Source: Octopus vulgaris (lineage: Eukaryota). From it: DNA of 64,000 nucleotides. The notes under the pieces are model-generated. The model had not been told where the DNA came from and did no database searches. It saw nothing but the letters and a program-made list of their open reading frames with translations. The number at the start of each line of letters is the position of its first letter. Positions within the stretch are counted from its first letter, which is position 1. The translations under genes and the position numbers were made by a program. Below are positions 40,123 through 52,569 of this stretch, piece by piece. The stretch is taken from contig OX597820.1 of assembly GCA_951406725.2 (NCBI GenBank), forward strand, positions 117,676,001 to 117,740,000. The letters are read 5' to 3'.

Positions 40123-40301
40123 GGTACTATTTAAGAAGAGTGATCCCGGTGCGTGCACTCGCGCTTGCTAGTCGTGACTAGTCTGTCCTTATTTTGTGTT
40201 TTATTTACTTTGCTAGGTAGTCGTTTTAGGATCGACTAGTCACGACTAGCAAGCGTGAGTATGCGAGTGCGCGCACCGGGACCACTCTTCTTAAATAGTA
40301 C
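40123..40301. mobile_element. MITE with ~60-bp TIRs and CAAGTATC target-site duplication, inserted into a SINE
   Basis: CAAGTATC|GGTACTATTTAAGAAGAGTG...CACTCTTCTTAAATAGTACG|CAAGTATC. Confidence 0.8.
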
Positions 40302-40977
40302 GCAAGTATCAGACTTTGAAAAAATTAATTTCTGAGATCGATTCATTCGACTTCAAAGCAGTGTCCCAGTATGGCCGCAGTCTAATGACTGAAACAAGCT
40401 AAGGATAAAAGTATATAAACCAATGACTTAACTTACAACATTTGTTACAAGTTGTTTTCTCCCCAGCGAAGAAAACAACTAAAGAAAACAAGGATCAAAG
40501 ACATTCCGATCTGTCTTTGACGCTTGTTGGCAGAAAAAGATGTATTTAGAAGGCATTCCTATACAATAGAGTCGGAAATAATCCACTCTGCCAAAAACAT
40601 AAATTTTGGGATCTAGATAGTTTAAGAGTCGTAGATAACGATTCTGTAAAAACAAAATGTGGCGAGGGATTATACCCCACCCCGCCTCGCCCCCAAAAAG
40701 CCGTCATGTTAAAATTTTGACCTTTTGCGATATTTTGTTCCTGATCTGGTTTAAACAACTGAAATTATGATTCGTAAAAAAGTTCAAAATTTTCTTCCCC
40801 CTCTTTTGGCCCTTTCCTATCCTTTCCGTAACCTTACAGACTTTTTTGGGGGTTTTTTTCGATTTTTTTCCCCTTCAAATTTACAAGTTTAAAACCATTG
40901 GAGTTTACGATCAAGTAAAAATACAAGGTATTCTTTCGTTTTATGATCACAAAATGAAGATATTCATGTACTGGATT

Positions 40978-41145
40978 CAGTAGCAAGAATGTGTGTGCCG
41001 CTGGGGGCAGCTCTTGAGTAACCCCACCACCACCAGGTCCCCAAGTTTATATAACCTTACACAACAGATATAATATTGACGCCCCCATAAAAGAATCACC
41101 CGGGGTGGACTGCCTTCCTCGCCCACCCCCTTAGTTACGCTACTG
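40978..41145. mobile_element. Small hAT-like MITE
   Basis: CAGTAGC...GCTACTG ends with 8-bp TSD ACTGGATT/ATTGGATT. Confidence 0.6.
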
Positions 41146-41723
41146 ATTGGATTCAGACATATCTACCTGTGATCACTTTCTCGGTTTAAAAAATAAAAAT
41201 GAACCACTGCATTAACACAATTTTACGAATCGACAAAAAAAAAAAAAAAAAAAGGGATTTTGTCTCATTTCTCCATATTTGTTTCCTTCATTCCATTCAA
41301 TAATATTAATTTTAGTAAAATGTATTTTATCGTCTGAATTAAAACATTTTCTCAAAATTAAATATAAGAAGTCCGATACAAGGTACGCAAAACATGCGCA
41401 TTTTTTCTTTTTTATATATATAATCAAACGTTTTCATTTGAAAACTTTTTGAAATTTTGAAAGAAAACCAAAAAAAAAAAAAATGAAAAATCTCGATCTC
41501 AAGTGTTTAAAACATATTTCTTTTCTTTTACAGAATCGTAATTTAAGATTTTTTAAATATGATAAAACCAAAATTTGTTTTGGCGTACCAGGTATATTCC
41601 GACGCTATTCGACAGGAATGCTATTATAATTCATGTTCATTAAAAAAAAATACGTATTCTTTAAAAACAATCAAAGATTTGTCAAGAAGAAATAAAAACT
41701 TAATGTTTTTGCTGGTATTTCAC

Positions 41724-41779
41724 CTTTTTTGGCGTTTTAATTTCGTCGAAGGCAGCATTTTCTTATCTCTTTCATTCAT
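41724..41779 (-). CDS. IQCG: IQCG predicted first coding exon (MNERDKKMLPSTKLKRQK-S)
   Basis: ATG at 41779, 18 codons plus AG, donor |GTGAAA. Phase 2 fits the 23314 exon. Lies ~50 bp from an X-box and ~120 bp from the RPL35A start. Confidence 0.55.
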
Positions 41780-41799
41780 CGCTAATTACGGGCACCTGT

Positions 41800-41900
41800 T
41801 GACATTAATTGTGTTAATTGTGTACAACGGTTGCTAACGACACTCTTCAGTTAAGAAGGCGCGCTTCAACATTTACCCAGAAACCAATTTGGTTCCTTTT
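41800..41900. promoter_or_regulatory. Bidirectional IQCG/RPL35A promoter with RFX X-box and TCT/TOP initiator
   Basis: GTTGCTAACGAC at 41830-41841 (reverse complement GTCGTTAGCAAC). Pyrimidine initiator TTCCTTTTCC at 41893-41902. Confidence 0.6.
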
Positions 41901-41919
41901 CCGGTTACCATTGAAAGTG
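41895..41919 (+). other. RPL35A: RPL35A non-coding exon 1 (5'TOP)
   Basis: CCTTTTCCGGTTACCATTGAAAGTG followed by the strong donor GTGAGT. Confidence 0.7.
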
Positions 41920-43655
41920 GTGAGTTGTATCTTTTACGTATGTCTCTTATTTTCCCTAATTATTCCCACTTTTAGGTACATATTTTAAATTAATTACAAT
42001 TGCACATTATTGTATGAACGTTCGACTGTATAATAATTACGATTTAAACCAAGGATGGGGTACAACAGTCTTGATTTAAATCGATATTTTCTATCATTAA
42101 CGTATAACACGCTGCCATCACAAATGATCAAATATGAATTTTTCTTCACTTCTTCGCTGATTCTCGTTTTCCCCTCTTGTTTTCCCAGATGCTTTATTCA
42201 TTAGTAATTATGTCCTATGCCATTACTTACTCCCCTATTATTTCAACAAATGCATGGAAATAATCTTATTTCTCGTCCACTTTGTGACCCCCCCCCTTGA
42301 TATTTAATTATCCTTTATATTTCATTATTATTATTATTATTATTAATTGTACCTCGTGGAAAACTATAATTTAATGTTGCTGTTTATGCAAAATATCACC
42401 AGAGGTAAGGATTCGAGGTGGTTTGTAAATTGGCGAATAATGAGAAATGGTCTTCCTCTCTTTTTTGCTGTCTCTGAAAATGTGTTTCTCTGCCATTCCT
42501 CATCTCCACCAGTTTATTAACTTCTTGGGTGGAATGTGTTAGGTTTAGGTTTTTAATGTACCTCTTCTGTTCAGATGTGGGGGATAAATAAATAAAGTAC
42601 CAGTTATGCACTGCAGTCCATGTAATCGACTTCACCCTTTCCTTACTGTATTTCTGTTGAGATGCTCTGTGTTTCTTTCAATTAATTTAAATATCACAAA
42701 GAATTTAGTAAAATAACTTAGTTATCATTCAGCTAGTGTTTGGAACATAAATTGTGACTAAGGTTTGGTGGAAGATTTTAATTCAGAACTTAGAAAACAA
42801 GACATTTATACTAAAGAGCCAGAGGTGGTATCAAAAGGGTTAAATTAATCATTTGTTAACCCTTTTGTTACCATATTCTTGTTGAGATTCTCTATTACTT
42901 TAAATATAACAAAGAATGTAGTAAAACAACTTAGTTATCATTCAGCTAGTGTTAGGAACAAATTGTGACTAAGGTTTGGTGGAAGATTTTAATTCAAAGC
43001 TTATGTTTAGCCCCTTGTGGGCAGTAAAGAAACATATGTTCAGATGTAGGGGATGTGTTTCATTGTAGAATAAAAATGGAAATCAACCTCGAACAGGAGA
43101 CGTACATTAAACACTAACATTCCATAAAAATTAGATTTTTGGATTGGTAATGTTCGCCGTCGACTTGTTTATATAAGCATGTGGAAGCGACATTATAGTT
43201 CTTCGACTCTCGATAGACAAACTGTTTTACCCCCATAAATAAGATACCACAATGTATTCCTGGCACGACACTCGATAAAAAAGGGACAAATTAAGAAGCA
43301 TATCCCATTGTTTCGGTCTGTCTGTCACGTCAAGTATATAACACGTGCAGTTTTATAGAGTGACTGGAAGGACATAGATTTTTTTTTTTAATGGGATACG
43401 GTCAAAAATGTATAAATTGAAAAATACTTGAGACTGATTCTAACGTTCCGAGCAAGGGATCCCTTCAGAGAAAGAAATGTCTAGTAGAACAGCTAACGAA
43501 ATTATATCTTATATTCAGAATTATTCAGAGACTTTTAATTACCTGCTGATTTCTCTCTAAGAGAAAGCTATCCTATATTTATTTGTTTTTTTACTTATAA
43601 TTACTGTTGTAAATAGATTTTGTTTTTAATCCCGTTTCCTTTCTCTTAGATTATC

Positions 43656-43729
43656 ATGTCGGAGGGTGAGGCAAAAGCAGCGCCAGCGGCCAAATCGAAA
43701 AAGAAGACCCCAAAACGAACACCTGGCAG
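43656..43729 (+). CDS. RPL35A: 60S ribosomal protein L35a (eL33), coding exon 1
   Basis: Acceptor tttctcttag ends at 43649, ATG at 43656. MSEGEAKAAPAAKSKKKTPKRTPG-R, donor ag|gtaata, phase 2. Confidence 0.85.
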
Positions 43730-44736
43730 GTAATATTTTTTTATGCATAATCCATGTGCTCATCACTTTATCAATATTTACAATGTTAAGTGGGATTCTT
43801 TTGTTTTCTGTTTCGATGTATCATTGAAGCGAATGAAAAGTTGCAAGACGAAATTAAACAGTCCAAACGGGATGTATTTAGTTTCTGTATAGCGATGCGA
43901 TTGTATACTTTTACTTGTTTCAGTCATTTGACTGTGGCCATGCTGGAGCACCGCCTTTAGCCGTGCAACTCGACTTATTCTATCGATCTCTTTTGCCGAA
44001 CTGCTAAGTGACGGGGACATAGACACACCAGCATCGGTTGTCAAGTAATGCTAGGGGGACAAACAGACATACACGCACACACATATGTACGACGGGCTTC
44101 TTTCAGTTTCCGTCTACCAAATCCACTCTCAAGGCTTTGGTCGGCCCGAGGCTATAGCAGAAGACACTTGCCCAAGATGCCACGCAGTGGGACTGAACCT
44201 GGAACCATGTGGTTGGTAAACAAGCTACTTACCACACAGCCACTCCTGTATATGTATTATTTCTGGAAATTTTACCTTGTAAGCGAACATGAACGGAAGG
44301 GTGAGGATTAGGCGGTGCACAGGGTTTTTATAATTTTAGTAAATAACAGTTGAACATAGGACAAATAAAGCTGTTTGCATATTGCTAAAATTCTTGCATT
44401 CTGATCAGATAAAACATTTGCATCATTATTTTAGCTGCTGGTCATTTGTGTTTTGCTGTGGCCAATATTCTTAAAACGAGATCCTTGGAGTCTTGTTCTG
44501 TTATTATTATTCACCCATAACAGAATTTAGGTTTTTTGGCTTAACTCACCAAATTAAAGTTTTGTCAATTAGGTACACTCTCATTAGACTGGGAGTCAGA
44601 TTTCTATGTTCCCATAGCAACAATTTTAAACTAAGCTTTGAAGACTACGTGATGTTAGTATATTCAAGAAAATCATGTATGAAATGATGCACATGGCTGC
44701 CCAATAGCCCTCAGACCACACCTTGCTGTTGTATAT

Positions 44737-44860
44737 AGGTACTTGTATCGCAGGCGTAGGCAGTCGATCCTACGAGCTGACTGGCGCGTACACGATATAT
44801 ACTTGTATGGCACGGACGCGTGTGTGCGCGAACCGGGACCACTCTGCGATACAAGTACCT
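44737..44860. mobile_element. Small MITE related to the 40123 element
   Basis: TIR AGGTACTTGTATCGCAG/CTGCGATACAAGTACCT. Shares subterminal ACCGGGACCACTCT with ~40275-40288. Confidence 0.65.
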
Positions 44861-45899
44861 TGTATATGTGTATATATATATATATATCCATCGGTTTGAC
44901 TATGCTAGGAGGCTGCACCAGACTCCAATCTGATCTGGCAGTGTTTCTAAAGCTGGGTGCTTTTTGCATGCCACTGGCACAGGAGCAAGTCAGGGTGAGA
45001 GGGCAGGCAGCGACCACATTCAGATGGTGCTTATTGCATGCCACCAGCATGGGGGCCAGTCAGGCGACACTGGCATCTGTCACTACAATTTCCGTTTTGA
45101 TTGTGAATTGATATTATTTTAATGCTGATGTACTTGAGCAAAGCATGTCGCCCAATGATCCAAAGGTACTTTTTTTTAAGTGGGCTGGTTATGTGACATT
45201 GGTGTAGGCTACAATTGATCTCACTTTACTTGCTGGGTCTTCTCAGTCACAGCATATCTCCAGGGTTCTCAGTCTTTCGTCATTTCTTCTGTGGGGCCCA
45301 ACATACAAAGGTCATGCTTCACCACCTCATCCCATACCTTAGATCTCTCTCTACCACAGGTTCTTTCCACTGATTGGCAGTGATACGTCTTCACACAGCT
45401 CTCTTCATCCATCTGTAGTACATGACCATACCAGTGCAGTTGTTTCTCATGCACATCACATCTGATGCTTCTTATCATCATCATCATCGTTTAACGTCCG
45501 CTTTCCATGCTAGCATGGGTTGGACGGTTCAACTGGGGTCTGGCAAGCCCGAAGGCTGCACCAGACCAGTCAGATCTGGCAGTGTTTCTACAGCTGGATG
45601 CCCTTCCTAACGCCAACCACTCCGAGAGTGTAGTGGGTGATTTTATGTGCCACCGACACAGGTGGCAGACGGCCACGCTCGGATGGTGTTTTCTTATGTG
45701 CCACCGACACAGGTGCCAGACGAGGCTGGAGAACGGCCACAATCGGATGGTGTTTGTTACGTGCCCACAGCACGGAGGCTAGTTGATGCGGTACTGGCTA
45801 CGGTCCCGTTCGGATGGTTTTCTTATGTGCCACCGGCACTGGTACCACAAGGATACAAATTCCATTGATGTTCATCTATTTTGGTTTGATTTGATTTTC

Positions 45900-47248
45900 A
45901 AGATTTCTCTCAGGTCGCTTACACTCTGTCGTGTGTGCACACTGACATCACACATCATGCTAGCTTCATGTCCCAATCCATGCGGTCTTTTCCCGTTATA
46001 CTTTTTATCTGTGTAAACATCGAAGTTTACACGGTATCCTGTCTCCAATTCACAAACTTCCCATTCCTTGATCCCCATTTAGTAGGTTTAGCAGGCATGT
46101 ACTGCTAAAGATGTACTCTGCCCTTATAGCCTATCATGGTTTCATCTACACTGAGATTTTTCCCAGGTAAATAAATAGTTTTATAATTCTGTACGAGTAA
46201 ATCAATTACAGGACGTACTTTGTGCAGGGGATCGTAGTTTGGGTCGTTTTTGCTGGGGGCATTGGCAGAATCAGTTAAATGCAAATACTGAGATATTTTC
46301 AAATACCTTGTCTGTATGGTTCGATCCCGCACTTAATTCAGTCTCCAATCAAATTCACAGTGTTTTGATTGGTATATTATGAGTGCTACAGCATTATTGA
46401 CTTAATTAAATGCAGCTTTTCTAATAAACGCTGTTATAATTAAATTCAGACAATTTTCTCATTTTGTGAGGTGGTGTACCTGCTTCAATACTTCATTAGA
46501 AAGTTGTCTGTTGGGCTTCGTGGGGCGGGGTTGGATGCTCGAAATATATGGATCGCCATACCTTACATCGGGTCTCCAATAGTTCCACATTCGAGGAAGC
46601 TGTTTAACTCCAAGCATAATTTTAATTGCGAAAAATGCTCTCATTTCTGCAGTATTAGTTGGCTGCCATAGCGGATCGTTTCTTCCTCGGACAGAAATTA
46701 AGTGTTGCGCATATTTGTTCATTTCCTCTGCAACATTTTCAAAAGAACTTTCAGGCAAAAATAAAAATAGATAGTCCAGTGGTTGAGCAACAGGAGGTAA
46801 ATTATGGCGAGGACCAGTGTTTTCTGTAAAATCAGAAATTGTGACTGGTGTCGTAATTTTCGACCATGTTGCCTTGTTTACAATATCGTTTTCATCAGTT
46901 TCGTTATGGAAATCTTCGTCCGACGAGTAATCACTGATATCAATATCAGGTTCATCCAAAGTCAAAATGCTTTCCTTTTCGTTGATATCTTCAAAGTCGG
47001 AATCGATACTTGCTGACGCCATTTCTTTCACAACAAACATATACACATGTGGTCTAAACAATTTCACAGTATTTATGCTTGAATAAAGGCGGGAAAGGCT
47101 CCCTCCATCTTGCATTTTCTCAAAGCTACGAGAATTTAATGTGACTTATTTTTTTTTGTGATTTCATAGAGCTGTCTGATACAGCCGGTTTGAACAAGTA
47201 AAGGGGAATTAATTTTAGCCAGTTACGGCCGGTTTGAACACTAAAGGG
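45900..47248 (-). mobile_element. piggyBac (PGBD4-like) transposon fossil
   Basis: EMRAFFAIKIMLGV, YLHLTD..DPLHKVRPVID..LSVDETMIGYKGR, YMPAKPTK.GIK. End CCCTTTAGTGTTCAAACCGG at 47248. Interrupted at 46311-46534. Confidence 0.88.
46329..46455 (+). ncRNA. Box H/ACA snoRNA-like gene, copy A1 (RPL35A intron 2)
   Basis: Hairpin 1 GCACTTA..CCAATCAAA/TTTGATTGG..TGAGTGC, H box ACAGCA (46388-46393), hairpin 2 TGACTTAATT..GCAGC/GCTGT..AATTAAATTCA, ACA at 46450-46452. Sense to the host gene. Confidence 0.7.
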
Positions 47249-47413
47249 TGAAACGACAATGATGTCTGCTGTGGAAGCAATTCAGTAAGGACCGGCAGGT
47301 AAAAGGATTATCATAGATGGAACTACCAATGTGAAATGTTTTTTAGGCTTTAATGTTAGTTGTGTCAACATTAATTTAGTCAGAAGTTATATTGTTGTTG
47401 TTATCTATTTCAG

Positions 47414-47566
47414 ACTCTATGTTAAAGCTGTGTTCACAGGCTACAAACGTGGTTTAAGAAACCAGTATGAGCACACTGCACTCTTGAAGATTGATGGTGT
47501 TTATAAAAGAAATGAAACTAGTTTTTACCTTGGCAAAAAATGTGCTTATGTATACAAGGCAAAGAG
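47414..47566 (+). CDS. RPL35A: RPL35A coding exon 2
   Basis: tttcag|...|gtgagc, 153 nt. [50 protein letters not shown]. Confidence 0.97.
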
Positions 47567-47884
47567 GTGAGCTTTATCTTTTTTTCTTTTAAAAAACGAC
47601 AGGTGGGGGTGTTTATGTAACACTGTATTGGCCCCCACATACTGCTCCCAATGCACTTCCAACCCATTTCTTTTACGTCTGGATCCCCCTACATCGTCGT
47701 GGAGGCCCCTTACAAAGTGGTGCTTTCTGCTCATGCATGCCGCTCGGCAACTGCACAAGTCCACCTGATGTTTGTGGAGCTTGTACTTTTGGTATTCTGC
47801 ATTCCCTACTCTCCACCCTCAAATTAACGCATTTTAAATATGCTCAGAAGAACTCGCTGTAAGGTCTCTGTATGGTTCGATCCC

Positions 47885-48011
47885 GCACTTAATTCAGTCT
47901 CCAATCAAATTCACAGTGTTTTGATTGGTATATTATGAGTGCTACAGCATTATTGGCTTAATTAAATGCAGCTTTTCTAATAAACGCTGTTAGAATTAAA
48001 TTCAGACAATT
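47885..48011 (+). ncRNA. Box H/ACA snoRNA-like gene, copy A2 (RPL35A intron 3)
   Basis: Near-identical to A1 (two substitutions seen); same hairpin-H-hairpin-ACA layout. Confidence 0.72.
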
Positions 48012-50332
48012 TTCTCATTTTGTGAGGTGGTGTACCTGCTTCAATACTTCATTAGAAAGTTGTTTGCTGGGCTTCGTGGGGTGGGGTTGGCTGCCCCACA
48101 ATATAGAAGCTTCAGTGACCTTCATCCTAAAGCGTGACTTTAAGATAATTAACATACGACAACTGGTGATTTGGTTTCTAAATCTCTGGTGAGAACCATT
48201 GGGTGTGGTTGAGTTCTTAAGGACCTGAATTGCTATCATCATCATTTAATGTCTGTTCTTCCTGGCACGGGTTGGATGGTTTGAAAGGAACTGTACCAGG
48301 CTTCATTTGTCTGTTCTGGTGTGAGTTCTACAGCTGGATGCCCTTCCTAATGCCAACCACTTTACAGTGTGTGTGTTGGGTGCTTTTTACATGGCACCAT
48401 TACCAACATCATCATCAAAGCAAAATCTCTCAACTCGGAAATGGGTGGCTTTGTATCAGTTGAGAGATTAAGTGTATAGAGGTGTTGGGACGGGTATCTT
48501 GCTGTAGGGTGGATGCATTGATAGACCAGTTAGAAGGGAAGGGACTAGTGAGAGAGATGGTAGATTGGGAGAGGTAACTCAAGAAGCTGCTGGGTGGTGC
48601 AGTGTCTATAAATCTCCGGATTTTTGGAGAAGGTTCAGATTTTGATGAAATGCAGTTAATTTTACATGCTGTATCATCATCATCATACATTTACTGCATG
48701 AGTTTTTGATGTTCTTTAGGAATCTGTTTTGTCGCTTTCACCTGCCCAGGTGTGTTGTTGAATATCGAAGCTTGTAGGTGTTTTCACTTACATTTTCAGG
48801 ATCTCAATCTCCGTCTTGGGTTTCTTGCCTGGAAGTTGCACACTTGGCATCAGGAAAATCATTCCAAGATATGCCTTCAGTTCCTCCAGGTGTTTTGTAT
48901 TGTCCAGCATATATGTGCTTTTATCGTTTACTTGTTGCACCCATCAGGTTACGGTCATGCTGGTGCACTGTGTTATAGAATTTTTGTTGGTCTCTTGTAC
49001 AAAGCCACTGTGTTACATTCTCTTTCCATCTACCAAATCCACTCACTCGGTGCACTCTGTGAGTCAGAATGTGGTTGGGAGACGAGCTTCTTGTCTCACA
49101 CCCATCCCTGCCCCTATTTCTGCAGAAATGTTTGTTTTTTCCCCCCTCTCTATCCTCATGGAAGCATCATCATTAACTATATGGATGCTCCACCCCAAGA
49201 AGTCCTGGTATCATTCACACTGAAATACCATTCTAAGTGTTTCCTTGAAAACCAAGCTCTCTTTCTATAAAAGTGACTGGTTTTGTATTTTGGCACAAGG
49301 CCGCCAATTTTATGGACGCTGTTCCTTATCTTGTTGACCATGGCGGAATTTGAACTCAGATTGGAGACGGTTAGCATGCCACTAAACGTCCTCACCAGCT
49401 TCTGAACCAGCCACATGCAAGATTGAAGGGGAATAAAAAAGAAAGATTTTTGGTAAGCGGTTCCCATGTCAGCCACATGGTTGAAAGATCAATTGCACAG
49501 CATGATAGATGGTTAAATATCTTCTATTATGGCATTGGGCCAACCAATAGCTTTGAGGTTGGGTTTTGATGAGAGGAAAGGAAAGAAGGCTCTCACATGT
49601 GTGTGTCTGTCTCTGATCCTGTAGCGTAGTGGTTTCTTAAAAGAGGTCAACTGAATATGAACCCAGGTCAATTTCTTTGACTAAAAGAAAGATGAAGCGT
49701 AGATTCTACAAGCTGGGAGTCTTGTAAAGTTTGGCTGGGCTCACCTGGACCGCCCTTTTCGTACTGCATTGATATGTGGTTCCTTATTGTAGAGGTCTTA
49801 GAGGATTAAGTTGCTGGTGGCAATGGCCACTGCCTGGCCCTCGTCCCGCACTCCTCAAAGCCCTAAAACTCCTATACCAGGGCCTCACCACCAGGTCCAG
49901 TTTCAGGTCTTTCCCAGGACCCTCCATACCTCAACAGCAAATTACAGCTGCAGCGTCTGCACTATCGAATGCAGTTGCTCTCCCAGTGGGGCATTTGTCA
50001 AATCTTCAGGATGGATTTTTGGGCCACAAGCTGAAGTATGACTTTGGCTGCTGGAATGGACAGGAATTCACCAGTCCCACTCTCCCCTTGTGAGTGCCAC
50101 TGAAAGTACTGCAAAGGACTATTTTCTGAGGAACACTTCCACAGTCGGTTATAAATATGCCTGAGACAAACAAATAAATGAAGTATTATGCTGCTCCTTA
50201 TAGTGTTTACCTGTTCGTCAGCTAATTATGAATTAACCAGATTTCGTTGTCTCTCAATTGATAACTTGTAATCAAGAGTTCAATTCCACTTTTTGTCTTT
50301 GTGTGTCTCTTGTACCCCGAAAGGATTACCAT

Positions 50333-50462
50333 GCACTTAAACAGGCCTACAATCAAAGGGTCACTGTTTTGGTTGATGGAATAATAAGTGCCACAGAAAA
50401 TTGGAATCTTTATATAATGCAATCATCCAAGTGGTGCCTGTCGCATAAAATTCCAGACAAAT
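50333..50462 (+). ncRNA. Box H/ACA snoRNA-like gene, copy B1
   Basis: GCACTTA-pocket-CAATCAAAG/TTTTGGTTG-pocket-TAAGTGC, H box ACAGAA, hairpin 2 TGGAAT..ATTCCA, ACA at 50457-50459. Confidence 0.65.
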
Positions 50463-52439
50463 TTTTAAGTGTAATTTTTTTTTTTTTTTTAACACCCTTC
50501 CATGGTTGTTTTGGGTGCACTGTTTGCCTGTGTGGTGAGGACAATCACCACCGTTTGACATCTGGTGTTGGTGTATGTATGTAGCTTAGAAGTTCAGAAA
50601 GGCCAACTGATGGAATAGGCATCAGGTTCAAAAACCAGTAATTACAGGGTTTGCTTCGTTCAATTAAAATTCTGTGTTTGTTCTGATAATTAAATATCAA
50701 GCATCGTTTTACTAAAATGTCAAGAGCAAGAACTCTGGAGCTTTGGAGAAGGTTAAGATTTTGGTGAAATGCAGTTAATTTGGCATGCTGTATCATCATC
50801 ATACATTTACTGCATGAGGTTTTGTTGTTCTTTAGGAATTTGCATTGTCAGTTTCACCTGCCCAGGTGTGCTGTTGAATATCGAAGCTTGTAGGTGTTTT
50901 CACTTACATTTTCAGGATCTCAATCTCTGGCTTGGGTTTCTTGTCTGGAAGCTGCATACCTGACATCAGGAAAGTCATTCCAAGATATGCCTTCAGTTCC
51001 TCCAGGTGTTTTGTATTGTCTGCCATGTATGTGCTTTTATCGTTTACTTGTTGCACCCATCAGGTTACGGTCATGCTGGTGCAGTGTGTTATAGAATTTT
51101 TATTGGTCTCTTGTGCAGAGTCACTAGGTTACATTCTTTATCCATCTACCAAGTGCACTCGGTGAGACGGAATATGGTTGAGAGACAAGCTTCTCATCTC
51201 ACACCCATCCCTGCCCCTATTTCTGCAGAAATGTTGGTTTTTTTCCCCCCTCTATCCTCATAGAAGCATCATCATCAACTGCGTGGATGCTCCGCCCCTA
51301 AGAAGTCCTGGTGTCATTCACACTGAAATATCATTCTAATTGTTTCCTTCAAAACCAAGCTCTTTGCTCTCTTTCTATAAAAGTTGCTGGTTTCGTATTT
51401 TGGCACAAGGCCGGCAATTTTGGGGAAGCTGTTCCTTATCTTGTTGACCTTGGCGGAATTTGAACTCAGATTGGAGACAGTTAGCATGCCACTAAACGTC
51501 CTCACCAGCTTCTGAACCAGCCACATACAAGATTGAAGGGGAATAAATGAGAAAGATTTTTGGTAAGAGGTTTCCTTGCCAGCCACATGGTTGCAAGATC
51601 ATTCGCACGGCATGACAGATTGGTTAAATATCTTCTATTATGGCATTGGGCCAACCAAAAGCTTTGAGGTTGGGTTTTAAAGCGAGGAAAGGAAAGAAGG
51701 CTGTGTGTGTGTCTCTGATCCCGTAGCGCAGTGGTTTCATAAAAGGGGTCAACTGAATATGAACCCAGGTCAATTTCTTTGACTAAAAGAAACAAAGATT
51801 CTACAGGCTGGAAGTCTTGTAAAGTTTGGCTGGGCTCACCTGGGCTGCCCTTTTCGTACTGCGTTGATATGTGGCTCCTTATTGTAGAGGTCTTAAAGGA
51901 TTAAGTTGTTGGTGGCAATGGCGCCTGCCTGGCATTCATTGTCCCGCACTCCTCAAAGCCCTAAAACTCTTATACCAGGGCCTCACCACCAGGTCCAGTT
52001 TCAGGTCTTTCCCAGGACCCTCCATACCTCAACAGCAAATTACAGCTGCAGCGTCTGCACTATCGGATGAAGTTGCTCTCCCAGTGCGGCATTGGTCAAA
52101 TCTTCAGACCGGGTTTTTGGGCCACAAGCTGAAGTATGACTTTGGCTGCTGGAATGGACAGGAATTCATCAGTCGGAACCAGCCCCCACCCTCCCTTTGT
52201 GAGTGCCACTGAAAGTATAGCAAAGGACCATTTTCTGAGGAACACTTCCACAGTCGGTTATAAATATGCCTGAGACAAACAAATAAATGAAGTATTATGC
52301 TGCTCCTTATGGTGTTTACCTGTTCGTCAGCTAATTATGAATTAACCAGATTTCGTTGTCTCTCAATTGATGACTTGTAATCAAGAGTTCAATTCCACTT
52401 TTTGTCTTTGTGTCTCTTGTACCCCGAAAGGATTACCAT

Positions 52440-52569
52440 GCACTTAAACAGGCCTACAATCAAAGGGTCACTGTTTTGGTTGATGGAATAATAAGTGCCA
52501 CAGAAAATTGGAATCTTTATATAATGCAATCATCCAAGTGGTGCCTGTTGCATAAAATTCCTGACAAAT
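52440..52569 (+). ncRNA. Box H/ACA snoRNA-like gene, copy B2
   Basis: Near-identical to B1; ACA at 52564-52566. Confidence 0.62.
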
